The translations under genes were made by a program, and so were the position numbers. The notes beneath the pieces were generated by a model. It made no database searches. It worked only from the letters and a program-made list of their open reading frames with translations, and was not told the DNA's origin. Positions 37,443 through 47,642 of a stretch of 64,000 bases of DNA are shown here, piece after piece (the stretch's first letter is position 1; each line of letters begins with the position of its first letter). This DNA is from Longimicrobiales bacterium. GTDB lineage: Bacteria > Gemmatimonadota > Gemmatimonadetes > Longimicrobiales > RSA9. The stretch spans positions 12,326-76,325 of the forward strand of contig DASVDG010000114.1 in NCBI GenBank assembly GCA_036381255.1. Reading direction: 5' to 3'.

Positions 37443-39959
37443 TCAACCGTTGGGCGTCCCACGCGAGGTGGAGGCACCGCCCGCCCTCGAGCCGTCGAGG
37501 ACCGCGCGGACCTTGCGTCCGAGCGCCTCCGGCGAGAACGGCTTCTGAAGGAACGACATCCCCTCGTCCAGCACGCCGTGGTGCACGATGGCGTCGTCGG
37601 TATAGCCGGACATGTAGAGGACGCGGAGTTCGTCGCGCGTCGAGGCGAGCTGCTCGGCGAGCTGTCGTCCGCCGGCGCCGGGCATGACGACGTCGGTGAT
37701 GAGCAGCTCGATCGGGCCAGAGTGCGCGGCGCTGATCGCGAGCGCGGCCTCGCCGGACTCGGCCTCCAGGACGGAGTAGCCGAGGGAGGCGAGCGCTTCG
37801 CGCACGAGCTTGCGAACGACGGCATCGTCCTCCACGAGGAGGACCGTCTCGGTGCCGCGGGGGGTGTCCTCCTCGGCGACGTCGCTCCCGATGCCGACGG
37901 CGTTCCGTTCGACCTCGGGGAAGAAGACCTTGAAGGTCGTGCCGGCGCCCGGCTCGCTGTAGGTCTGGATGCTGCCGCCGCACTGGGTGACGATCCCGTA
38001 GACCGTCGACAGCCCGAGACCGGTGCCCTTGCCCGCCTCCTTCGTGGTGAAGAACGGCTCGAAGATCTGGGCCTGCACCTCCGGGCTCATCCCGATGCCG
38101 TTGTCGCTGACGGCCAGCATGACGTAGCGACCCGGTTGGAGGTCGGCGTGGGAGTGGGCGTAGTCGTCCCCGAGTGTGACCCGCTTGGTCTCCACGAGGA
38201 TCTCGCCCCCGCCGGGCATTGCGTCGCGCGCGTTCACCACGAGGTTGATCACCACCTGTTCGATCTGGCTGGGGTCCGCGAGCACGGCGCCGATCGACTC
38301 GTCGAGGGCGAGCTGCAGCATGACCTCCTCGGTGATCAGCCGGCGAAGCATGTTGGCCAGGTTGCGGATCACGTCGTTCAGGTCCAGGTGGCGCGGGTTC
38401 ACGACCTGTTTGCGGCTGAAGGCGAGGAGCTGGCGCGTGAGCGCGGCGCCGCGATGGCCGGCCGTCTGGATCTCCTCGACCATCTCCCGCAGCCGGGCGT
38501 CGTCGCCGACCTCGCCGAGGAGGAAGGAGGCGTAGCCCTGGACCGTGAGGAGGATGTTGTTGAAGTCGTGGGCCACGCCCCCGGCCAGGCGCCCGACCGC
38601 CTCCAGCTTCTGCGCGTGTCGGAACTGCTCCTCGAGCCGCTTCCGGTCCGTGATGTCGGAGAGCATGGCGACGCCGCCGGTCACGCGCCCGTCGGCGTCG
38701 CGGAGCGGGCCCGCGGCGATGGCCACCTGGATCCGGCGGCCGTCGCGCCGGCGCCGTTCCGCCTCCACGAGCGAGATCGACTCGCCGGCGAAGATGCGCT
38801 CCAGGAGGTCGCGGCTTTGCTCGGCTTCTTCCGGCGGGACGAACGGCAGCGGTTGACCCAGGACCTCCTCCGCCGACCAGCCGAAGATTCGTTCGGCCGC
38901 GGCGTTCCAGCGGGTGATGCGGCCCTCCCGGTCCATGGCGAAGGTCGCGACCGGAGCGGTTTCGAACAGCGTCTCGAGGAACGCGATCGCTTCGCGCAGC
39001 GCCTCCTCCGCCGCGTGGCGCTCGGTCACGTCGCGGAGCACCGCCAGCCCGAGCGCCTCTTCGTCGACCGGCGTGAGGGAGAGCGAGACCGTGCACCAGA
39101 CGACATCGCCGTCGCCGGTCCTGAAGCGCAGGTCCTCGAGCCGGGAGCGCCGGCCTTGCGCGAGCCGGTCGAGCGCCTCCTGGAGCTGGGCGGCGTCCTC
39201 CGGCGCGGCCAGTGCGACGAGCGACTCCCCCGTCAACGCCGCGTCGTTCCGCCCCAGGATCGCGCTGGCGCTGGCGTTCGCCTCCACGATCCGGCCGCGC
39301 GCGTCGAGGACCAGGATCGCGTCGTGCGCGTGGTGCATCAGCGCGCGGTACTTCTCCTCGGAGAGGCGCGCCTCGCGCTCCATCCGCCGTGCGTACGCCT
39401 CCAGTTGCGCGTGGGCGTCCGCGAGATCGTCCTGGCTCCGGCGCAGCGCCTTGTTCGTCCGCACCATGTCCTCGATGCTCGACAGCAGCAGGTCGACGAT
39501 CTGCTCGCGGTCGGACGTGATCGAGAGCGTGCGGTCCAGGAACCGGATCGTCACGCCGAGGCTGGTCTTCGACCCCTGCCGGAGCGCCCGGTTGTCGAGC
39601 ACGTGCCGGATGCGCGCCAGGAGCGGCCCCGCCTCGTACGGCTTCGTGATGTAGTTGTCCGCGCCGCACTCCAGCCCCTTGACGATGTCCATCGGGTCGG
39701 CCAGCGACGTGAGCAGCACGACGGGGATCCCGCCCAGCTCCGGCCGCGCCTTGATGCGGCGACACAACTCGTACCCATCGATGCCGGGCATCAGGACGTC
39801 GGTCAGGATCAGATCCGGCGGCGCTTCCGTCTCGAGCATGCGAAGCGCTTCCTCGCCCGATGTGGCGACCCCCGTCTCGTAGCCGGCATCCGTCAGTAGC
39901 GAGCGGAGCTCCTCGGCCTGCGTCGCGCTGTCCTCGATGACCAGGATCCGAATGCTCAT
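37443..39959 (-). CDS. hybrid sensor histidine kinase (REC - coiled coil - 2 PAS - HisKA - HATPase - REC)
   Basis: Start [11 protein letters not shown] at 39959 (ATGA overlap with the cheB stop). N-terminal receiver ([14 protein letters not shown]), H-box [13 protein letters not shown] boxes ([15 protein letters not shown]), C-terminal receiver ([14 protein letters not shown]). Confidence 0.88.
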   Translation of the reverse strand: MSIRILVIEDSATQAEELRSLLTDAGYETGVATSGEEALRMLETEAPPDLILTDVLMPGIDGYELCRRIKARPELGGIPVVLLTSLADPMDIVKGLECGADNYITKPYEAGPLLARIRHVLDNRALRQGSKTSLGVTIRFLDRTLSITSDREQIVDLLLSSIEDMVRTNKALRRSQDDLADAHAQLEAYARRMEREARLSEEKYRALMHHAHDAILVLDARGRIVEANASASAILGRNDAALTGESLVALAAPEDAAQLQEALDRLAQGRRSRLEDLRFRTGDGDVVWCTVSLSLTPVDEEALGLAVLRDVTERHAAEEALREAIAFLETLFETAPVATFAMDREGRITRWNAAAERIFGWSAEEVLGQPLPFVPPEEAEQSRDLLERIFAGESISLVEAERRRRDGRRIQVAIAAGPLRDADGRVTGGVAMLSDITDRKRLEEQFRHAQKLEAVGRLAGGVAHDFNNILLTVQGYASFLLGEVGDDARLREMVEEIQTAGHRGAALTRQLLAFSRKQVVNPRHLDLNDVIRNLANMLRRLITEEVMLQLALDESIGAVLADPSQIEQVVINLVVNARDAMPGGGEILVETKRVTLGDDYAHSHADLQPGRYVMLAVSDNGIGMSPEVQAQIFEPFFTTKEAGKGTGLGLSTVYGIVTQCGGSIQTYSEPGAGTTFKVFFPEVERNAVGIGSDVAEEDTPRGTETVLLVEDDAVVRKLVREALASLGYSVLEAESGEAALAISAAHSGPIELLITDVVMPGAGGRQLAEQLASTRDELRVLYMSGYTDDAIVHHGVLDEGMSFLQKPFSPEALGRKVRAVLDGSRAGGASTSRGTPNG

Positions 39960-41035
39960 CCGTTCAACCTCCCGAAGCGGTCGACCAGCGTGGCTACGAT
40001 GGCGTCGATCGGCAGGACGGCATCCACGACCCCGGACCGCACCGCCTCGCCCGCCATGCCGTATACGACGGAAGATTCCCGGTCTTGCGCCAGGACCATC
40101 CCGCCGCCGTCGCGGACCGCGCGCAGCCCCTGGACGCCGTCGCGCCCCATCCCGGTCAGCACGACGGCGGTCGCGGCGGCGCCGTAGACCTCGGCGACGG
40201 ATTCGAAGAGCGCGGTCGCCGAGGGACGGAACCCATCGATCGGCGGGCCGTCGTCGAGGACCACGCGGCCGCCGGCGCTCACGCGCAGGTGGCGGTCCTC
40301 CGGGGCGAGGTGGACCACGCCGGGCGCGAGCCGTCGGCCGTTCTCCGCGATCGTCACCGGCAGCGCGCTCGCCGCGGCGATGAACGATTCGAGGGGGCGA
40401 ATGAAGCCCCGGGCCATGTGCTGTACCACGGCGACCGGGACCGGCAGATCCGCGGGGAGCGCCCCCAGCAGCCGTCGCAGCGCCGTCGGGCCGCCGGTCG
40501 ACGCCGCCACGGCGACGATCCCCGCCCGTGCGGGCCGCGGCGGCGGCTCCGATCGCGTCGGCACCGGCGCGGCCGACGCCGACGCCGTCGCGTGCGCGGG
40601 AACGGGCCCGGCCAACGCGCCGCGCCGCCGCACGACCTTCACGTCCGCGAGCGCCCGCGTCAGCTCCAGGAGCTGACGCCGGTCGTCCTCGAATCGCGGG
40701 CTCGCGGGATCGTCCGGTTTGGCGATCACCATGAGCGCGCCGGCGTGCATGGCGGCGAGCGACCGCTCGGCCGCATCGCGGCTCGCGCTCGATGTCACGA
40801 TCAGGATCGGCGTCGGCCGCCGGGCCATGATGCGACGGGTCGCCTCCAGCCCGTCCATCTCCGGCATGTGGACGTCCATCACGATGATGTCCGGCGTGAG
40901 GCGGAGCGTGAGCTCCAGCGCCTCGACGCCCGTCCGCGCCTCGCCCACGACGACGAGCGCCGGGTCGCTCGCCAGAACGGTGACGAGGAGGTGTCGGCAC
41001 GTCGCCGAATCGTCGACTACCAGGACGCGCGTCAC
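39956..41035 (-). CDS. cheB: chemotaxis response regulator protein-glutamate methylesterase
   Basis: GTG 41035 (VTRVLVVDDS), 4 nt after the cheA stop. Receiver plus methylesterase domain (AASTGGP, HMA.GF, VLTGMGRDG). Confidence 0.85.
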   Translation of the reverse strand: MTRVLVVDDSATCRHLLVTVLASDPALVVVGEARTGVEALELTLRLTPDIIVMDVHMPEMDGLEATRRIMARRPTPILIVTSSASRDAAERSLAAMHAGALMVIAKPDDPASPRFEDDRRQLLELTRALADVKVVRRRGALAGPVPAHATASASAAPVPTRSEPPPRPARAGIVAVAASTGGPTALRRLLGALPADLPVPVAVVQHMARGFIRPLESFIAAASALPVTIAENGRRLAPGVVHLAPEDRHLRVSAGGRVVLDDGPPIDGFRPSATALFESVAEVYGAAATAVVLTGMGRDGVQGLRAVRDGGGMVLAQDRESSVVYGMAGEAVRSGVVDAVLPIDAIVATLVDRFGRLNG

Positions 41036-41039
41036 GGCA

Positions 41040-43259
41040 TCACCGTTCGGCGAGGATGTCGCGAATCGTGGCCAGGAACTCCGCCCGTTCGAAGCCGGAC
41101 TTGCCCAGGTACGCGTCGGCGCCGGCCTCGAGTCCGCGCCGTCGCTGCTCCGGCGCCTCCAGCGCCGTGACCAGCACGACGGGGAGCGCGGCGAGCCGAT
41201 CGTCCGCGCGGATCGCCCGGCAGAGCGCGAAGCCGTCCATGCGCGGCATCTCGACGTCCGCGACGACGAGGTCGAACGCCTCGCCGCGGAGCCGCCGCAG
41301 CGCCTCGTCGCCATCGGCCGCGGCGACCACGTCGTACCCCGCGGTCTGGAGGATGCCGACCTCGAGCGTGCGTGCGGTGATCGAGTCGTCGACCACGAGG
41401 ATGCGGCGTCGCGCCCGCGCCGGCATCGCCCCGCCTTCCAGCAGCGCGTCGTCCCCCGCTGCGGCCCGTTCGAGTCCTCGCGCCGCGACCCGCGACGCGT
41501 CCAGCACCAGGGCGATCCGGTTCGTGCCCAGCACGGCGCAGCCGGTCGCCAGCCCCCGGGCGCGCCGCCCCAACGGGCGCACGGCCAGCGTGTCGTCGCC
41601 TTCGACGCGGTCCACCGCCAGCGCGATGCGAGCGCCGGGCACGGCGACGATCACCGCGTGGCTCGATGCCGCGGCGGGATCGCCGAAGCCCGGGCCCAGG
41701 ACGGCGGCGAGCGGGACCACGGGCACGAGGCCATCGGGCGCCGGCACCATGGTCCGCCCGCCGCTGCGCCGCAGATCGGCCGGCCGGATCCGGATCACGC
41801 GTTCGATGGCGTCGAGCGGGAGGGCCACAGACCGCCCGCCCACCTCCACCTGCAGCGCCCGCACGGTGGCCAGGCTGACCGGGCAGTCCAGCAGGAACGT
41901 CGTGCCCGCGCCGCTCTGCCAGCGCACGTCGACCCGGCCGCCGACGCGTTCCATCGCGGCGCGGACGGCGTCCAGGCCGACGCCGCGCCCCGAAATGGCC
42001 GTCGCCTCCGGCGCGGTGGACAGCCCGCCGCGAAAAAGCGCGCGGACCTGGTCTTCCTCAGCGTCCGGGATCTCGACGCCGCGGCGCGCGAGCTGCCGCT
42101 GGATCGCGGCCATGTCGAGGCCTCGGCCGTCGTCGATCACCGCCACCTCGATGCGCTCGCCGCGAATCGTCGCCGCGACCCGCACGGTCCCGACGCCGTC
42201 CTTCCCCGCCCGCTCCCGCTCCGCCTTCGGCTCGATGCCGTGGTCCACCGCGTTGCGCACCAGGTGCAGCAGTGCCTCGCGGATCGCGTCGAGCACGCCA
42301 CGGTCCGCCTCGACCTCGTTGCCGCCGATCTCCAGCCGGACCTCCTTGTCCGCTCCGGCGGCGAGGTCACGGACGGTCCGCGGCAGCGCCGCGCAGGCGT
42401 CTCTGAACGGCCGCATGCGCAGTCGCCGCACGCCGTCCGTGATGTCGTCCGCCGCGCGGGATACGCCGCGCGCGTCGCGTCGCGTTTCCGCCGTCAGTCG
42501 GTCGGCCGCGGCGAGGAGCGCGCGCAACTGCCCGTCCACGCCGGCCACCGAGCGCGCCACTTCGGCGGGCACGTCCGCCTTCGCCAGCGCGGCGCGCACG
42601 CGGGGCGCCTGTCGCCGCCAGTCCGCCGCCCAACGGGCGGACAGCTCTCGCAGCTCCTCGATCGCACGCGCGTGCTCGGCCACCCGGCTGCGGGCCGCGA
42701 GCAGGCGGCCGCCGGCCGCCGCGAGGCGGTCCAGCCGCTCGACCGGGACCCGTACGGCGAGGGCTTCGCCGCCCGGACGTGGGGCTTCGGGCGACTCCTC
42801 CGCGCCCACCCGCTGGACGTCGACCGCGCCCTGCGCCATCGCGGCCGCCGCGTCGGAGCCCGCCGCGTCGGCCGGAGTGCGCCGGAACGCCGCGGTCAGC
42901 CTCGCCAGCGCCGCCGAATCGACGGCGCCCGCCTTGCGGAGCGCCTTCCCCGCCGTCTCGATCGCATCGACCGCCGCGAAGTGGAGCGGCATCTGCGACG
43001 GGTCGAGCGCCGCCCGGCCTTCACGGAGCTCGACCAGCACCTCCTCCCACGCGTGGCAGAGCGCTTCGAGCGGCCGCACGCCCGCGGCCCGGGCCGCGCC
43101 CTTCAGCGTGTGTACGCTCCGGAACAGCGAGCGCAGCCGCTCGCCGTCGCCCGGCGCCTTCTCGAGCGCCAGGAGATCGGCGTTCATGGACCCGACGTGC
43201 TCCTCGATCTCTCCGGTGAAGAGCCGGAGGAGCCGGCCGCTCAGGTCCTCCCGGTTCAT
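41040..43259 (-). CDS. cheA: chemotaxis histidine kinase CheA with a C-terminal receiver domain
   Basis: 739 aa. HPt ([15 protein letters not shown]), HATPase ([19 protein letters not shown]), CheW-like domain, receiver (ILVVDDS...[14 protein letters not shown]). Confidence 0.88.
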   Translation of the reverse strand: MNREDLSGRLLRLFTGEIEEHVGSMNADLLALEKAPGDGERLRSLFRSVHTLKGAARAAGVRPLEALCHAWEEVLVELREGRAALDPSQMPLHFAAVDAIETAGKALRKAGAVDSAALARLTAAFRRTPADAAGSDAAAAMAQGAVDVQRVGAEESPEAPRPGGEALAVRVPVERLDRLAAAGGRLLAARSRVAEHARAIEELRELSARWAADWRRQAPRVRAALAKADVPAEVARSVAGVDGQLRALLAAADRLTAETRRDARGVSRAADDITDGVRRLRMRPFRDACAALPRTVRDLAAGADKEVRLEIGGNEVEADRGVLDAIREALLHLVRNAVDHGIEPKAERERAGKDGVGTVRVAATIRGERIEVAVIDDGRGLDMAAIQRQLARRGVEIPDAEEDQVRALFRGGLSTAPEATAISGRGVGLDAVRAAMERVGGRVDVRWQSGAGTTFLLDCPVSLATVRALQVEVGGRSVALPLDAIERVIRIRPADLRRSGGRTMVPAPDGLVPVVPLAAVLGPGFGDPAAASSHAVIVAVPGARIALAVDRVEGDDTLAVRPLGRRARGLATGCAVLGTNRIALVLDASRVAARGLERAAAGDDALLEGGAMPARARRRILVVDDSITARTLEVGILQTAGYDVVAAADGDEALRRLRGEAFDLVVADVEMPRMDGFALCRAIRADDRLAALPVVLVTALEAPEQRRRGLEAGADAYLGKSGFERAEFLATIRDILAER

Positions 43260-44752
43260 CTCCGCCCGCGCAGCGGCCGCACGCCCGTCCGCTCGCCGCC
43301 GACCAACTCGAGCAGACGCCCGCCCAGCTCGTTCAGATCCTCCGCCGCGCGTTCGGCCTGCCGCACCGAAGCCAGGTTCTGCTGCGTGGCCTCCTCGATC
43401 CCGCTGATCGCCTCCCGGATCTGGCCCATCCCCGCGGCCTGTTGCCCCGCGGATGCCACGATCTGGGCGGCGCTGCGCGAGGCCTCCGCGAGCGCGTCCG
43501 CCAGCGCCCCGATCGTCTCGCCCGCCTCCGTGACCTGCGCCACGCCCGCGGCGACGCGTTTGGTCCCCTCCTCCGTCGTCATCACCGCCGCGCCCGTCGC
43601 CCGCTGAATCTCGCCGAGGATCTCCCGCACCCGGACCGTGGCCTTGCGCGATTGATCGGCCAGTTCGCGCACCTCGCTCGCGACCACCGCGAAGCCCCGC
43701 CCGTGCTCGCCCGCCCGCGCCGCCTCGATCGCCGCGTTCAACGCGAGCAGATGCGTCTGCTCCGCGATGTCGTCGACCGTCGCGATGATGTCGCCGATCG
43801 CGTGCGCCTGCTGCGCCAGCTCCAGGATGCTGTCCGCGATCGACTGGACCCGGTCGCTCAGCTCGCCCATCGTCGCGACCGACGATTCGACCGCCGCACG
43901 ACCCGCCTCGCCCACGCGGAACGCGTTCTGGGCCGATTCCGCCACCGCCTTCGCCCGCTGCGCCGCCTGCTCCGCCGTCTGCGCCACCTCCTCGACCGTG
44001 GCGACGGTATCGCTCACCGCGGTCGACGACTGGCTCGCCGCCGAAGCCTGCTGGGCCGTCGCCGCCAGGATCTCCGCCGCGCTCGACGCGATCACCGCCG
44101 CCGACTCCCGCAGCGGATCGTTCACCGCCCGCGTCAGGTAACGCGCCCCCGCGTAGCCGGCCAGCAGCGCCAGCAAGCCGCCGCCCAGCAGCAGGAGCTG
44201 CATCCGCTTCGCTTCGGCGTTCGCCTGCGCCGTGATCTCCCGGGTGCGGCGTTCCGCCGTCTGGATGCCGCGAGCCACCGTCCGGCCGAGGCTCGCGCCG
44301 ACGTCGATCGAGCGCCGGGTCGCATCGATCATCTCATTGCCGCGGCCCCCGGCCCGCGCCGCGATCGCCGCCCGCGAGACCTCGTCCCACTCCTCCAGAA
44401 GGCTCAGTGCCTCCTCCCACAGCGCCCGCGATTCCACGGACCGGGCGGAGTCCCGGAGTTGCCGGAGCTGTCGCCGCGCCACTTCCACCGCGGCGTCCCG
44501 CTGCTTGAGGTCCTCATCCTCCCGTTCGATCAGGTACCGGAGGAACGCCTCGGCTGCGGTACGGACGCTACCCTCCGCCGCGAACGCCGGCGCCAGCACC
44601 TCCCGCTCGTGCGCGAGCGCCTCGTTCTTCCCGGCGGTCGCGCCCCGCAGCGCCACGATCCCCGTCGCCGTCACACCGACCAGCAGCACCAGCCCCAGCG
44701 CGAAGCCCGCGACGATCCGACGCTTGATCGTCCAGAATGTGGCTCTTGTCAT
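43256..44752 (-). CDS. methyl-accepting chemotaxis protein
   Basis: 498 aa. Two TM segments flanking a roughly 150-aa helical sensor region. Signature [37 protein letters not shown]. Confidence 0.88.
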   Translation of the reverse strand: MTRATFWTIKRRIVAGFALGLVLLVGVTATGIVALRGATAGKNEALAHEREVLAPAFAAEGSVRTAAEAFLRYLIEREDEDLKQRDAAVEVARRQLRQLRDSARSVESRALWEEALSLLEEWDEVSRAAIAARAGGRGNEMIDATRRSIDVGASLGRTVARGIQTAERRTREITAQANAEAKRMQLLLLGGGLLALLAGYAGARYLTRAVNDPLRESAAVIASSAAEILAATAQQASAASQSSTAVSDTVATVEEVAQTAEQAAQRAKAVAESAQNAFRVGEAGRAAVESSVATMGELSDRVQSIADSILELAQQAHAIGDIIATVDDIAEQTHLLALNAAIEAARAGEHGRGFAVVASEVRELADQSRKATVRVREILGEIQRATGAAVMTTEEGTKRVAAGVAQVTEAGETIGALADALAEASRSAAQIVASAGQQAAGMGQIREAISGIEEATQQNLASVRQAERAAEDLNELGGRLLELVGGERTGVRPLRGRR

Positions 44753-45297
44753 GTCACCCGATGTTCGAGGTCCCTCCCGTCGACGACGACCACCCCATCA
44801 TCGACGAGGCCGAGGATCCGTTCGGCTGCGCCTTCCGGCGGCGGCCGCACGCCGTCCGGCCCGTCCAGCGCGTAGCGCCGGACGCCGATCAGCTCGTCGG
44901 CGGCGATGCCGACGCGCTCGCGCCCGCCCACCACGACGACCCATTCGCCGGGCGCCCCCGTGATGCGATCGAGGCCGAGCAGCGCCCCGAGGTCGATCAC
45001 GTCGATCAGCTCGCCCCGGTGCAGCGTGACCCCGATGATCGGACCCTCCGCGCCCGGGAGCGGCGCCACCTCCGCCGGCCGGGCCACGGCGGTCAACCAG
45101 CGTAGCGCCATGGCGTAGACTTCGCGTCCGGCCCGGAACAGCAGGAACTCCTCGTCGTCGGCCCGCTCGGCGACGGCCGGCGCCGCCGCGAGCGCCCGCG
45201 CGCGCGCCTCCAGCACCCGCCGCGCCTCGTCCGAGCTCCGCGACGCTTCCTGCACTCGCACCGCCCCGCGCCGCTCCGTCCCGCGCCCCCTGCCCAC
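44749..45297 (-). CDS. cheW: CheW-like coupling protein
   Basis: GTG 45297 with GGAGGGGG upstream, 1 nt after the cheR stop. CheW domain ([15 protein letters not shown]...[15 protein letters not shown]). Confidence 0.7.
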   Translation of the reverse strand: MGRGRGTERRGAVRVQEASRSSDEARRVLEARARALAAAPAVAERADDEEFLLFRAGREVYAMALRWLTAVARPAEVAPLPGAEGPIIGVTLHRGELIDVIDLGALLGLDRITGAPGEWVVVVGGRERVGIAADELIGVRRYALDGPDGVRPPPEGAAERILGLVDDGVVVVDGRDLEHRVT

Positions 45298-45298
45298 G

Positions 45299-46684
45299 TC
45301 ACCCCCTCCGCGCCGCGAGCTGAGCGAGACGCGCCCGCACGAGCGCCAGCAGCTGACCGGTCGTCGCCCCACCGCCGAGGTCGGGCCTCCCGTCCGACGG
45401 CTGCCCGGACAGCAGCCGCTCGGCCGCCCGGAACGCCGGGGCCGCCGCCCCGGCGGCGCCGGCCCGCAACAGCGCCTCGCCGTGCGCGAGGTGCGCGACC
45501 GCGAGCGTCCGGTCGACGTAAAGCGCTCGCCGCGCGGCGGCTCGCGCGCCTTCGATGTCGCCGCCGTCGAGCAGGAGCATGGCGTGAAGACAGTGCAGAG
45601 GGGCCGACATTGGGGTGCGCGCCACCGCCTCCGCACAGAGAGACCGTGCCGTCGCCGTGTCTCCCGCGCGGAGCCGCGCCTGGATCGCCGGCAGCGGATC
45701 CGCGTCCCGGCCTCCCGCGGCCGCGCCCGCTGCGCTCCCCGACGGGGCGGCCGCCGCCCCGGACGACGCCGCGCCCCCGGCCGGCGCCCGGTCGGACGAC
45801 GGCCCGGGGTCGCCGCACGGCGACGCCGCCGCGGCGGCCGACCGCGTCCGCGCGCCCCGCGTCGCCCGACGACGGTACGCGACGCCCCACGGCATGCGCA
45901 CCGGCTCGAGTCCGGCGATCCGGGGGAGCGCCGGGTCCGCGCCGCCGGTCAGGAGCCAGCCGCCGTCGACCAGGTAGAGCGCGAACCGCCGCGCGACCCG
46001 CTCGAGGTGCTCCGCCGCGAAGTACAGCAGCACGTTGCGGCAGAGGATCACGTCCATGCCGCCCGGTACGAGATCCGGCGCGCTCCAACGATCGTCGACC
46101 AGGTTCAGGCGGCGGAACCGGACCATCGCACGGATCTGCGGACGCGGCCGGCAGCGACCGCGGCCGGCCTCGAAGAACGCCCGCACCTTCGACGCCTCGG
46201 GCTCGCGCAACGACCACGGCCCGTACTCCGCCCGCCGCGCCCGCTCCAGCGCGGCGCCCGAGATGTCCGTGCCGAGCACCCGCGCCCGGCGATGGAACCC
46301 GGCCCGCGCAGCCGCGATCGCCAGCGAGTACGCCTCCTCGCCGCTGGCGCACCCCGCGCTCCACAACCGCACCGGGCCCTCGTTCGGCGAGTCGCCGGTC
46401 TGCCGCCCGGCCAGCAGCTCCGTGACGAAATCCAGTTGCTCGGGCTCGCGGTACACGTACGTCTCGCGGATGACCACCCGCTCCACGAGCGACTCGAGGG
46501 CGGCGACGTCGCCCTTCAGCCGGCGCAGGTAGACCTCCGGCCGCTCCGCGCCGCACCGCCGCATCTCCTCCGCGACGGCCGCGTCCAGGCCGCGACTCCA
46601 GAAGCGCGCGGGGTCGAGCCCCGCGTAGCGCCGCAGCAGTGTCGCAACGCCCTGGCGCGACGCCGCGCCGTCCACCTCGCTCAC
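45299..46684 (-). CDS. cheR: chemotaxis protein methyltransferase CheR with a C-terminal TPR-like extension
   Basis: GTG 46684 overlapping the upstream cheW stop (GTGA). RLWSAGCASGEEAYSLAI and DVILCRNVLLYF SAM-methyltransferase motifs. Ala-rich linker, then a helical repeat tail. Confidence 0.8.
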   Translation of the reverse strand: MSEVDGAASRQGVATLLRRYAGLDPARFWSRGLDAAVAEEMRRCGAERPEVYLRRLKGDVAALESLVERVVIRETYVYREPEQLDFVTELLAGRQTGDSPNEGPVRLWSAGCASGEEAYSLAIAAARAGFHRRARVLGTDISGAALERARRAEYGPWSLREPEASKVRAFFEAGRGRCRPRPQIRAMVRFRRLNLVDDRWSAPDLVPGGMDVILCRNVLLYFAAEHLERVARRFALYLVDGGWLLTGGADPALPRIAGLEPVRMPWGVAYRRRATRGARTRSAAAAASPCGDPGPSSDRAPAGGAASSGAAAAPSGSAAGAAAGGRDADPLPAIQARLRAGDTATARSLCAEAVARTPMSAPLHCLHAMLLLDGGDIEGARAAARRALYVDRTLAVAHLAHGEALLRAGAAGAAAPAFRAAERLLSGQPSDGRPDLGGGATTGQLLALVRARLAQLAARRG

Positions 46685-47142
46685 CGCTCCGCCGCCCGCG
46701 CCGCGAGCGCCGCATCCAGCGCCTCGGCCTCCGCGGCTTCCAGGAACGCGTCCGGGTCGTGGATCACGATCAGCCCCTCCTCGAGCGATGCCACGCCCGC
46801 GATCGGGCCCGAGCCCGCCATCACCTCGTCCGATGCGGCCACCGCGCCCGCGTCCACGGTCGCCAGCCAAAGCGCCCGGTCGACCCGGAATGCGACGTCC
46901 CGCCCCGACGCGCGCGCCAGGATCACGTGCTCCGACGGGTCGACCGGACGCGCCGGGAGGCCGAACCGCCACCGCAGGTCGAAGACGGGGACCGCCCGGC
47001 CGCGAACGCCGATGATGCCCTCGACCGCGCGCGGCGCGCCCGGCAGCGCCTCGACCCACACCGCGCGCACCACCTCCCGGACGCAGGCCGACGGCAGGCC
47101 GAAAACCCGGCCGGCCAGCTCGAACGCGAGCAGCTTCAGCAT
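46681..47142 (-). CDS. cheW: CheW-like coupling protein
   Basis: 153 aa. MLKLLAFELAGRVFGLP...GIIGVRGRAVPVFDLR is a typical CheW pattern. Confidence 0.8.
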   Translation of the reverse strand: MLKLLAFELAGRVFGLPSACVREVVRAVWVEALPGAPRAVEGIIGVRGRAVPVFDLRWRFGLPARPVDPSEHVILARASGRDVAFRVDRALWLATVDAGAVAASDEVMAGSGPIAGVASLEEGLIVIHDPDAFLEAAEAEALDAALAARAAER

Positions 47143-47462
47143 CAGGCGGCCGTCCGCATCACGTCGGAGCCGGTGCCGAACTCCTCCGTGTCTCCGGTCA
47201 TGACCACGATCGGCTCTAGCGGGAGCCGCGCCAGCAGCGTGCGCAGAAATTCCGTATCGGACGACCCGGGGAGATGGACGTCGGTCGGGACGAGCTCGTA
47301 GACCTCGTTCCCAGCCGCCATTGCGATCAGGACCTTCTCCACGCAGGCCGGGTCGTTCACGTGGTGTCCCAGTCCCCGGAGGTGCTGGACGATCACGCTT
47401 CGGGGGCGCGGGTCATCTTCGATGACCGGGACGCGACGCGGCGATGGGATCGGCGTGGGCAC
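47142..47462 (-). CDS. short CheY-like receiver-domain protein (C-terminally abbreviated)
   Basis: VPVIEDDP...YELVPTDVHLPGSSDTEF...EPIVVMTGD follows beta1-beta4 of a receiver. Preferred start is GTG 47462 (GAGGAGGA 4 nt upstream); the track start at 47522 is TTG. Stop overlaps the cheW ATG by 1 nt. Confidence 0.55.
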   Translation of the reverse strand: MPTPIPSPRRVPVIEDDPRPRSVIVQHLRGLGHHVNDPACVEKVLIAMAAGNEVYELVPTDVHLPGSSDTEFLRTLLARLPLEPIVVMTGDTEEFGTGSDVMRTAA

Positions 47463-47556
47463 CTGATCCTCCTCGAGGGCTGCCGGCGCGTACACGTCGG
47501 GCACGCGATCCGCCGTCGGCAATCAGGGTCGCAAGGCGAGTGATTCGCTGACGTGG

Positions 47557-47586
47557 ATGGTAGCATTTCCAGGCGCGACGCGTCAA
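47557..47586 (-). promoter_or_regulatory. candidate sigma-70-type promoter for the che-like operon
   Basis: Minus strand TTGACG - 18 nt - TACCAT, located between glgA and the receiver gene. Confidence 0.4.
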
Positions 47587-47642
47587 CGGACTCGACCGCG
47601 ACGGGGCTTCGCGCCCGACCCGCACGGCGCCCGGATGCAAGG

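Noticed and set aside
37189-39765. 858-aa minus-strand ORF overlapping both tRNA genes and the hybrid kinase
   Set aside because: It is out of frame with the kinase, which has H-box, N-box, G-box and receiver motifs. It also crosses two well-formed tRNA genes and has low-complexity Arg/Gly/Pro composition.
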